Below are positions 53,101-64,000 of a stretch of 64,000 nt of DNA, one piece after another. How positions within the stretch are numbered: the stretch's first letter is position 1; each line of letters starts with the position of its first letter. The stretch comes from Reclinomonas americana ATCC 50394. Its lineage: Eukaryota. Both the position numbers and the translations under genes were made by a program. The notes under the pieces are model-generated. The model saw nothing but the letters and a program-made list of their open reading frames with translations, searched no databases and was not told the DNA's origin. The stretch covers positions 326,678 through 390,677 of the forward strand of contig PS015097.1 in the NCBI GenBank assembly GCA_048213135.1. Direction: 5' to 3'.

Positions 53101-56100
53101 CAAGCGAGGCAAGGGACAGACAGCAGCTGCGCCTTCTCTCCTTTCTAAAACGAAACCCCCTCCATATTGCTCAACTTGTGGCTCCCTCAACGCCCCAGCT
53201 GGCCATGTTGCCGTCGAACGCAAACCGATGAGCGGCGGCCCATTGCGGCCATCCACCGGCCAGTTGCACGGCCTGTACGAGTGGATCGAGAGTCTGCGGA
53301 TCGCTGTCGCCGTTCCAGAATATGCCGCCGCCGCCGCCCTGCCCCAGCAAATGCAACATGTCGGGCGGCGCATTGGCGGTGTTCCCGGTGAAGGTCAGGC
53401 CCGACAAAGTCGCTCCAGCCGGTGTGGCGGGATACGCGGGCAGCGTAAAGTTGAGCGACATTCCGCCACCGCGGCTGTTGCTCACATTGTCCGCGAAGAG
53501 CGAGTTGAAGAAATGCAGAATTCCACTATTCGAGATGGTCATGCCGCCACCGTCTCCGTTCTCGGCCACGTTGGCAACCAGCTGACATGCGGTGATGTTC
53601 AGGATGCCGCTGCCGCCAAAGAACAGGCCGCCACCGGCACCGAGGGCACGATTGTTGTTGATAAAGGACGCGGACAGGGAGACTCGAGGCGAGTCAGCCA
53701 TGTACAACGCACCGCCGGAGATGGCTCGATTGCCGAGAAACGAAACTGATGTTGCGTCCAATTTGGCGCTCTCGGCCATGCCCACTGCTCCTCCACCGCT
53801 GCCGCCGAGCGCAGTGTTGACGGAAAAGCGTGTCCCGACGAGCTTCGAGCTCGACCGTCCCGAGAGCTCGACCGCACCTCCGCTGAGACCCGATTGGCCA
53901 TTCGACAGAGTGCTGTAGTCGTCGAGCCAGTAGCAGAAATCGTCGACCACAAGGTGGCCACCGGAGGAAACAGCGTTGTTGTTGAAAAAGGTGGCGTTCA
54001 CGGAGACGAACACGCTGCGTTGGACCAAATTCAAGGCGCCGCCGGCCAGCGTGGCATTGTTGCCGGAAAATGTGCTGTTGGCCACTGTCACATAGGTGCG
54101 ACCCTCGGCAAAGATGGCACCGCCGTCGGCCAGCTCAGCTACGTTGTTGAGCAGCTCACTCTCCGAAAAGTCGTGTGTGCACTGCTCGCCGGCAAACACG
54201 CCGCCACCAAAGCTCGCACTGTTGCCCACCACGCTCGCACCATACCAACTCGTCGTCGAATACGAGGCACTGTAGGCTCCGCCACCAAAGAAGACGGCTG
54301 CATTGTTGCTGACCACGCCTGCAATTGTTGTATTCATGAGGCCGGCCAGATAGAAGCCACCGCCCAGCGTCAGCGCCGCATTGTGCGTCACCGACGAGTC
54401 GCTGCTGATGCTGAGTGTCGAGTCACCAATGCCATACACACCGCCACCCACGTCGCCAAAGTTATCGGAGAGTACGGTGGCGGAGAGCAGACGCACAGCA
54501 ATGTCGTCGCTCGTGATGGCCAGTCCGGCACCGAACTTGGCCAGATTTTGCATCACAGAGCAGCCAACAATGTCCACGGACGACTGCGGCTCCGATACGA
54601 GCACACCTCCTCCCACGCCACTAGAGGCCACATTCAAGGCCACGATCACCGCCGACAATGACGACTGATCGGCGATGGCCAGACCGGCTCCGCCAGTGTC
54701 AGCCTGATTGCCAGTCACAGTCGACGTGCGGAGCGTGGCACCGTTGGCCACCACCGCACCGCCTCCCACTGCAGCCGGACCATGCACCACGTTCTGGCGC
54801 AACGTACAGCTCGAGCCGACGCTGCCTAAGCCCAGCATCGCACCACCGCCGCCACACGTACGCCCGGCATACACACTGTCGATGGAGAGCGTGACAGAAT
54901 TCGACACGAAATTGCACCACGTCACCGACGCGCCTTTGATGGCGAACACGCCGCCACCTCCGCACTGATCGCCCGCAGCGTACGACGTGCCACTGGTCGA
55001 CGCAACGTCGGCAGCCAGGCCACCGATACCAGCATCAACAACGGAGTTGGCGGAGAACGAGGAAGACTGGACGGCCGTGTAGGGGCCAATCAGCATCAGG
55101 CCACCGCCACCATTGTTCGGGCTCGCAGTGCCGTCGAGCGAGGCATAGTCACCGCCTCGGCCATCACGCACGGACTGATTCCTCGTGAACGTGCAGTTGG
55201 CGACAAGCAGTGGCTGCTGCACCTGGTGTGTGAAACACTCGAGACTGAGCACAAAGACAAAGCAACAACGAATGGCTCGTATGTACGCATGCATGCCTGT
55301 GCAAAGGCTCCTGACAAGGTCGGGGACACCATCAGCAGGGCACCACCGCCGCTGTAGCCGCCATTGGAGGGGCCTACGGTTGTCGAATCACCACCAGCTG
55401 CGTTCGACATGGAGAGGTTGGAGTCGAACTGGCATGATCGCACGGTCTGTCGCATGACCAGAGGGTGAGATGGTGCGTGACGCATGCAAGAAAAAGGCAC
55501 AAAAAACCACGTACGCACCACGGGGCCAGAGGGTTCGGTTGGCCGGGTGGAGATTAGCACGGCGCCACCGCCGCAAAAGTAGGAGGCGGAGAGCGCCGAG
55601 GCAACTTTGCGATTGATTCCGTTGCCGGCATTGTTACCGCCGCTCCCTGAATGCGAGGGGGCGGGAGAAGGGGGAATGAGGAGAAGGGGGGATGAGGAGA
55701 AGGGGGGATGAGGAGAAGGGGGGATGAGGAGAAGGGAGAAGGAGAACGGAGAAGCGACAAGGGGAAGTAGAAAGGGGAAGGAACAGGGGGAAGGAACAGG
55801 GGGAAGGAACAGGGGTGAAGGAACAGGGGTGNNNNNNNNNNNNNNNNNNNNNNNNNNNNNNNNNNNNNNNNNNNNNNNNNNNNNNNNNNNNNNNNNNNNN
55901 NNNNNNNNNNNNNNNNNNNNNNNNNNNNNNNNNNNNNNNNNNNNNNNNNNNNNNNNNNNNNNNNNNNNNNNNNNNNNNNNNNNNNNNNNNNNNNNNNNNN
56001 NNNNNNNNNNNNNNNNNNNNNNNNNNNNNNNNNNNNNNNNNNNNNNNNNNNNNNNNNNNNNNNNNNNNNNNNNNNNNNNNNNNNNNNNNNNNNNNNNNNN

Positions 56101-57727
56101 NNNNNNNNNNNNNNNNNNNNNNNNNNNNNNNNNNNNNNNNNNNNNNNNNNNNNNNNNNNNNNNNNNNNNNNNNNNNNNNNNNNNNNNNNNNNNNNNNNNN
56201 NNNNNNNNNNNNNNNNNNNNNNNNNNNNNNNNNNNNNNNNNNNNAAGGAACAGGAGGAACGGAACAGGGGGAAGGAAAAGGGGAAGGAGAAGGGGAAAGT
56301 AACAGGGGAAGGAGAAGGGGGATGGAACGGGGGGGATGGGGAGATGAGGGAAGGGAGATAAGTGGGATGAATAAGAAGTGAAAGGAGGATGGATATGAAA
56401 CAGGAGAGAAGGAGAGAGGCAATGAAGAGACAGACGGAGACGGGATACGGGGAGCACCGAGTGAGGCAATGAGCGCGGACTCAGACGCAGTGAAGGACAG
56501 AGGCAACTGGCGGAAAACAGGGAGAATGCAAACGCGAATGCACACCGTTTCCGACAGCCTGGTTGCCTGTGAATGTTGAATTCGTCATCTGCGATGTGGA
56601 GGAGAGAGTGAGAAGCGAATGCGTGAGACAAAAGGATTGACCATCGAGCCACCAATTTAGTACGCAACTGTAATGGAACTCTGGTCAAATGGCAGAAACA
56701 CGAGCACAGCTCCGCCGCCAGAGATGCTCGATGAGGAGTCGCCAGAGAGGCCGTTAGAGTTGCCACCGACTCCATTGTTGAGGGCCATGTTGTTCGCAAA
56801 CGTGCAGTTGGACATTGTCGCCTAATACGCACATGTCAGTAAGAAGCAACTGGTGTATGCAGTGTGATTGCGGAGTGAACGCACCGGCCCAAGAGGGTAC
56901 AGCATAATTGCACCGCCACCGTTCTGCCCGACGGTTGACACGCCGGAGATGTCGTTGAATGATCCTGCGTGCGCCACATGGTGTCATGATCAGACTCCAC
57001 TGCGTAGCGAGCAAAGAACACACTAGCATGTCATCTGCGCACCGCCACAACCGCATGCTACAGCCGAATTATTAAGGAATCGGTTGTTAGTGATGCTCCC
57101 CTGCACATGAGACGGTAAGCATCTCCCTATGAAGCACGTGTGTAAACATGAGCTGCATATTTCAAACGCACGGTCCCAAAGCCAAAGATCCACGCAGCGC
57201 CACCCCCCGCAATACCGGCATTAGCGTCGCCAGTGGTGGAGTTGTTGCCTGTACATCAATTGAGCCATGAGTACAGATCACCAGGATGCCACTGAAACTT
57301 GCCGACACACCTCCGCTGGCCACCTGCCAGACTCGATTTCCGGTAAACGTGCAATTGTCGAGTGTGAAGGTCGGCTGTGACGGGCAGCGCACGGAGAGAC
57401 GTAAATGCAACGAGCAGTGTGTGGGGAAAAGAGAGAGAAGAGAGAGAGAAGAAAAGAGAAGAGAAAAGAAAGAAGAAAAGGGGAGGCAAAGAAGAGAGCG
57501 AAGAGAAGAGTGGAGTAGAGAATTGTGAGAAGGGAAGAAGAGAAGGGGAGGCAGAAAAGAGAGCGAAGAGAAGAGAAGAAAAGAGTGGAGCAGAGAAGAC
57601 GGGAGAAGGGGAGAAGAGGAGAGAGAGAAGAGAAGAGAGGGAGAAGGAGAGAAGAGGAAAAAGAGAGGAGGATCCGAAGAGAGAATGAGCGAGTGCAAGA
57701 GCAAATGCGAGCTCGCGGCGGACACAC

Positions 57728-57762
<35 letters not shown>

Positions 57763-60700
57763 GAGTTATTGCGCACAGACACAACAAGCGAGCATTGCAC
57801 GCAACAGTGCCGGCGAGGTTAGTTTTCAGCCACACAAAGAGGCCACCGCCACCAACGTAATTGGAAGTCGAGCTGCTGTCGACACCACGAGCCACTGTGT
57901 GTGGCGTTGGGGGTCAGTACAGACCGTGCGTATGATTGATTAGTTGCCACACCACCACACTCGCTCAAGTACACCAACCAGAACCACCATTGCCCAGCTG
58001 CTGGACAACGTTACTGGAGAATGTGCATCCGGCGACACTCACAGCCGGCTGCGACAGGTAGGGATGATGAGAGCAAGCGACAGGCAGCACTCGCAGTCAC
58101 AAGCACTGACCACAGCCGTATCCTGGAACGAAAAGAAGAAAAACCCGCCACCGCCTGATCCTTCTGATTCACTCTGGCATGTCCCGGAATTAGTGCCTGT
58201 GAGCATCGCACAAGCTCCTTAGCAAGGTACACACAGCTCAGAGCAGACGGACTCTGGAAGGAGAACCTCCATTTCCGACGTTTGACACTAGGTTGGACGT
58301 GAAGTTGGTATTGACCACCGATACGGTGGTCTGCGAGCACAGCAGAGGACAGAGTTAAGCGCGCCGAAACAAGAGATGAGCTTGGGTGCGATAACATACC
58401 GAGTAGTAGGCTGATATCCACACGGCACCGCCGCCGTGTGTGCCAGTTGAAGAGTCGGAGGAGTCGACATTGTTGTTGCCTGATACGAGAGGTGAGAAGG
58501 GAAAGGGGAGAAGGAAAACGGAGAAGGAAAGAGAAGATGAGAACAGAGTAGAAGGGAAAGTGGAGAAGGGGAAGTGGAGAAGGGAAGAGGAGAGAGGAAA
58601 AGCGGAGAAGGGAAAGTGGAGAAGCGAGAGTGGAGAAGGGAAGGAGGACAAGGAAAACGGAGAAGGAAAGAGAAGAGAGGAGAACAGAGAAGAAGGGAAA
58701 GGCGAGAATGGACACGCGAGAGCGGAAATGTGAGAGTGGAGAATGGAAGGAGGGAAAGAAAGAATCCAGAAGGGAGGGATGCGTGACACAGGACAGAGCG
58801 AGAGCGAGAAAAGCAGCGTATCCACACACGCAAGCGTGGAGAACGGAAGGAAGAAAAGAAAGAGTCCAGAAGGGTGGGATGCGTGACAGAGGGCCAGGCC
58901 GTGCTATACCAAGCAGAGCGAAAACGAGGAAAGAAGCGTATCCACACACGCAGTAGAAGCGTTCACCCCCCTCAAGAAAGCACTGGCAGCAAAGGGACAG
59001 ACCGGAAGTAACGGAGGCCGAAGAGGGAATATCGAGAGAGGTGGACAGTGCGAGGAGAGGCGGTTTGACCAGCAACACATACTTACTAACACCGAAGGAA
59101 ACTTCGTGACAAGAAGCGACACCAATGATGCCTCGTGTAGGATGCAAGGAATATTCGGCTGAGTGGGCAAATGGTAGCAACGCACCTCCGTTCCCGCTGT
59201 TGGTCACTGTGTTGTTCACGAACTGGCAATTGCCGATGGAAGCCGTGAACTGCGAGGGTCCCCACGGAAGAGAAAAATGTACATGATGAGACATGGAGAC
59301 GACGAACACGCGCGATCACACAGGCACAGGTGCGCACCGGCACGGCAGACATTATCCAAACACCACCGCCACCACAATACCCGCCAGAAGATGATCCCGT
59401 GGTGTATGCCGTGGCTGTGACGAGCAGCATGTGCCAGTCGGTCAACGAAGAAAGACAACAAAAAAAAGCAGACCTCGACTGGCGGAGCACGCAACCACTG
59501 GTAGAGCTGGAACCACCGTTGCAAACGCCATTCACATTATTATTGACAAACACGGAGTCGACAATCGACTCTGTCGGTTGCACCGCCTGCGCATGACGGA
59601 TGGTGAGTGCGCCGCGCGCACCGGAGAGACACCCTCGTCATGCGTACCAGTGCACTGCCTTGCGGAGCCATGAAGACCACATATACGGCACCACCGCCGC
59701 CGCCACCGCCTGCAGCATCCTGGGAAGCGCCCGTGTTCAACTGACCTCCGTTGCCCGAGTTGGAGACACTGTTGCCGGAGAAGATTGATCCCGAAATCTA
59801 TGCAAGAACGGACATTTTCCTTGAGAAAGGGGAGCAACAATGTGCAACGCTGCGCAATCCACGTACCAGGTGCGACTGGGAGACACGCGCAAAAATCGCT
59901 CCACCGCCGACAAAAGTATAGCGAGCGGAATCGATTGAATTGATCAACGAAACAGCGATCGTGTTTCCAGATCCGGAATTTGAGTTGCCACCGTTGGCTG
60001 CGCCGGTTACCGTGTTGCGCAGAAATGATGACTGCAACACCTGAGAGACGTACGCAAGGCCCGACACGTAAAAAAAAAACAGGAGGACAGCATTAACCGA
60101 TGGGGACAACGCCGGCGCAACTTGGTGCACGCCAGCAGGCGTGTGGAACACGGCACCGCCACCGCAGATGGCACCGGAGCTGCCGTCGTTGTTGGTTTTT
60201 ACCGGACCGTTGCAGCTGTTGCTGACGCTGTTGTCGCTGAACTGCGACTGTGTGATCTGCGCAATCGACGAGATCAGGGGGGAGAAAGGGGAAAGGAGAG
60301 GGAGAAGGGGGAAAGGGAAGGGGAAGGGGAAGGGGAGGGAAGGGAAGGGTAGAGAGGGGAAGGGAAGGGAACGGAAGAGGAGGGAAGGGTAGAGAAGGGA
60401 AGGGATGAGATGGGAATGGAAGGGAAGGGAAGGGAAGGGAAGCGAAGGGAAGGAAGGGAGAGAGTGAGGCAGGGAGAGAGACAGGGAGACGGAGAAATGG
60501 CGAGAACGGGGGGAGACGGAATGAGCTGCAGGGAAGGAATGACGAGGAGACAGAGATGAGAGAGAAAGAGCGAGAAACGAAGAGAGGGAAGAGGGAAGGG
60601 CAGGGAGAGAAGGAATAAGACGAGGACACAAGGGGAGTGGGAGAGGGCGAAGAATAAGAAGGAATAGGGTGCACAAAACTCGGCATCTCAGTCGCCATCA

Positions 60701-62543
60701 GGCATCTCACAGACAGCAAAGATATCAGAACAAACTACTCAATCCCACTGCCTCTGGCTACCTCTCCCCCATCGCACAGATCAAGCACGCAGAAATAACG
60801 TACTCAACTCATGTCCTCCACAACACACATCAGACAAACCCCTCTCAAAACACACCTTGAGCAGTGCCGTATCAGCAAATGACTGGAAGAACACGGCACC
60901 ACCGCCCGCTCGCCAGCCACCACTTGTGTCCACACCAGAGGCGAATGAACACCGAGTGCGGCACACAATGCTGTTGGCGCTGGTGGAGACTTGGTTGTTG
61001 CTGAAGGTGGAGTTGAAGAACGTGGCACTGAGCATGGTCGAGAGCAGCACGCCACCACCTCCCACATACGTCTGGCCGCCGGGAGTTGCCGTGTCACCGT
61101 TTCCGCAGTTCACCACCACGTTGTTACGCCACGTACTGCTCGAGTCGGTGTACGAGACCGACGACGCTTGCATGGACCCCAGGAAGAGTGCGCCGCCACC
61201 GTTGAACTGTCCGGGAAGCCCGCGTGCCGTGTTGCTGTCAAACATGCACTGCAATGTACTGACCGAAAAGAGCGCCGTGCCAACAGCAAGCACCGCACCG
61301 CCACCTCGATAACTGATCGAATTGGTGGTTGTGGTGCCGGTGGCGTCCACGGTGTTGTTGAAAAATGTGCAGCGCTGCAGAGACACACAGAGAAAGCGCG
61401 GCTCCGCTTGCATTCGCTCCGAGTTTTGCGCAGGATGTAAACGAAGAGTCCATCACCGTCACCTTGAGAAACTTGCCGTTCAACGAAATGGCGGAACCCG
61501 CCAAACCTCCAGCGGTGGATGTGATGCGAGAGAACACGCAGCCAGTGACCGATAGCAGCGGTTGCGTGGTGGAGGGCGCAGCTGTCGAGTCGAGCGAAAT
61601 GGCACCGGCTGTTGCGTCGGCAAATGTGCAGCTGGAAAAGGTCAGTTGTGGTGAGACAACGGCCGCGGTGCCCAGCGGAGCCGTCCAGATGACTGGCGCC
61701 TTCGTGGAGCCTCCACTGAACGAGAGGCCAGACAAAGTGACTTGCGCAGCCTGCGTAAAGTTGAAGGCGCTGAAGGAGCCGGCGAGGATGGTGGGGGTCA
61801 TTGCGTTGTTGGAGGGGGAGACAGAGACGGAGCGGCCTGTGGGAAGAGAGTGGTGAGTCAAGGAGAGGGAAGAAAAGGCGGACATCGAACTGGACAGTAA
61901 GCACGCCAACTTGGATCCAAACAAACTCACCAACGACGGTCAACTGAGTACCGGCCTGCGTCACGTTGTAGAGACCGCCAAGCATCAGCACGGACAGTGA
62001 CCACGCCGTCGACTGCGCGTCAAACGACTGCGTGGATGAGCACGACAGCACCGCCGCGGAGAGGGCACAGGCGTTGTCGGCCGTGAGGCCACAGGCTGCG
62101 GCATTCGTTGAACCGGTCGGCGACACAAAGACTGCAGGAAGGCGTCAGCGAGAGATGAGGGAGAGGGGACAGAACAGGCTCATCTAATGCAATCATATCA
62201 ATCCCCGCTCTCCACACAACTCACCCGTGCACACAGTAGCCGCCGTCGAAACAGCGCTGGACTCGTACACTCTTGCGGGCGCTGGCGCTGGCGGTGACGG
62301 TGACGCGCGGACACTGAAATCGTCTGCTGGACCAGCCGCAGCCGCCGACACGCGGTCTGTCTCGCGGTGGACTGCGTGCGTTCGTATGCGAGTGCGGCGG
62401 GCAAGCAAGTCGCCAGAGTGCAACTCGAGGAGACGATCGCTCAGGCGCGGCGGTAACTTCTGCGCTTCACTCGAGGAGATGAAGAGGCAGCTGATGGTCA
62501 CCAGGCCGAGAAGGAGAAGGAGAGGCGCAGAGAGGCGCGCCAT
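49245..62543 (-). CDS. Giant surface protein: signal peptide, Pmp-like GGA(I/V)/FxxN beta-helix repeats, Cys-rich (ephrin-receptor-like) linker, multipass TM C-terminus
   Basis: ATG 62543 (MARLSAPLLLLLGLV); dozens of FxxN..GGA(V/I/L) units (e.g. ORF 53171-55294); CPAG..C..CPKGQYS..C..CP..C.GG; TM exons 49600-51750; TAG at 49245. One N-gap lies inside an intron. Confidence 0.82.
50155..50455. repeat. (GAA)n/(GAGGAA)n intronic microsatellite
   Basis: Directly visible. Confidence 0.9.
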
Positions 62544-63162
62544 GCCGAGAGTGGCAGGCTTACAGAAGAGGGCGCTTGCTTTGCGCGCGCTTGATGACGA
62601 CAGGGTGTGTGAGAAGCATGCTAGCAGGACACGGACCGAACAACATCCGCGCGCGCTTCGCCACAGCTTACGGCTTGTTGGAAACCTCGGGTGTGTGCCG
62701 CGCATGGCCGTTTGCAGGTGGTACGTCGACGTACGCGTCAAAACTGGCTTGCAATTGTCGCGCAACTGCAGCGACGTTGACAGCGCTAGCTGCAGGCCAA
62801 ACGAGTCGCATATTGCAGTGTGTGCGGTACTAGAGAATTTATATCACGGACTGAACTGCAGTGGCAGTTTATGAAGCTCAGTAGTACAGCGAGCGCTCGA
62901 GCAATTAATATCAATTGATATCGACGTCGCGAAGTGCAGTCGAAGTGATGCACGTTGACGAGGTTCGCCGACACGGAGAGAAAGAGAGTGAGATCGCAAT
63001 CATCTGGGGTGTGACTTCCCTGCAAGCGACCCTGCGGAGGACAAGTGTTCGGAAAAACGAGATTCGCAAAATCGAACACGCACGCACCGCACCCACACGC
63101 ACACACACACGCAACAATCAAAGAAGCACCATCACCCTTCCAACCCCTTGTAGTGAACAACA

Positions 63163-63357
63163 ATGTCCACCAAACATGGTGAGTGGTGCCGTGCTGGCTT
63201 CAGCTTCATACTCTCCTTTGTTGTTTGTCTGATTGTTTCTCCGCCTCCCTCTTCGCAGTCACCTCTCGTCTCCTGGTGCCACTGCTGTGCGTCATCATCC
63301 TGCTCGTCGGCGTCTCGCATGGTGAGTCGCACGACGTGCGTGGATGTACTCGCGGGC

Positions 63358-63403
<46 letters not shown>

Positions 63404-64000
63404 GGCGGACGGCGTCGCGTCGCGCGCACCATGTCGCCCGATCTTAAACTGTTTCTGTGTGACCAGGTGTGCCTTTGCCGGTCAGGCAAATCTCCACCGG
63501 CTTCAAGGGGACGTCCATTGCGCCGCCGGTGGGTGCTGGCGTCACGTTCTCGCAAGACGACCACTGGAGTGTCACTGTGAACGGCCAGACCACCAAGGCC
63601 TACGTGAGCAACCCTTCGATGTGCTACACGGGGACGACCATTTGCTGGGACGCTCCCTCCACGGCCTCTGCGTGGGTGACTCCATGTGAGTAGATCTCTC
63701 TCTCTCTCTTCCCTTATGCTTCGAATTACCTCCTCTCCTTTGTTGAGCAAGAACTAAAACACTTGTTCCGCTCACAGCCAGCAGCAGCACGGCCCCCTAT
63801 GCGTGGGACAACAAGACATTGCAGTACACCACCAGCTTTGACATGACGGGCTACGATCCGAGCAAAACAATCTTGCAGATTCGACTTGAGGGAGACGCAG
63901 CTTCTGCCTCCCCGTCGAGCGCCTTTGTGCAACTGACGCCTGCCGGCACCACAAATCTACTTGCAGTGCCCTATCCCTCGTGGTTGGGTGATAACTCGTA
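63163..64000 (+). CDS. Secreted/surface protein, N-terminal part (runs off window)
   Basis: MSTKH|VTSRLLVPLLCVIILLVGVSHG signal-like segment, then exons (QISTGFKG..CYTGTTICWDAP) with GT-AG boundaries. Confidence 0.55.

Overview
Gene-dense, intron-rich eukaryotic (protist-like) nuclear DNA of moderately high GC, with several N-gaps and many intronic microsatellites. The ORF track fragments the genes, so I rebuilt them by hand from splice sites and reading frame. About 19 protein-coding genes are supportable. Clearly recognisable: MCM2, ARL2, NOC4, a CCDC24-like gene, two tandem PhzF/PBLD paralogues, a double-CDGSH Fe-S protein, a kinase-PP2C fusion, DUF924 and a 7TM-RGS. Also present: a giant Pmp-repeat multipass membrane protein, a secreted SUEL lectin and a SAPS-like protein. 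The main highlight is a multi-exon gene at 2610-11480. It appears to join a CSL/CudA-like Ig-fold DNA-binding domain, a low-complexity region, a phage Peptidase_G2-like autocleavage domain (S|DLAE) and an NB-ARC STAND ATPase, making it a candidate self-cleaving, NLR-gated transcription factor. Other highlights: a hidden 83-aa gene, absent from the ORF track, carrying only the NF-YA subunit-binding helix and lying head-to-head with MCM2; frequent T-shifted 5' splice sites (GTTGCG/GTTGAG); and a short Cys repeat encoded one copy per phase-2 exon. All domain calls are by-eye motif recognition, not database results.
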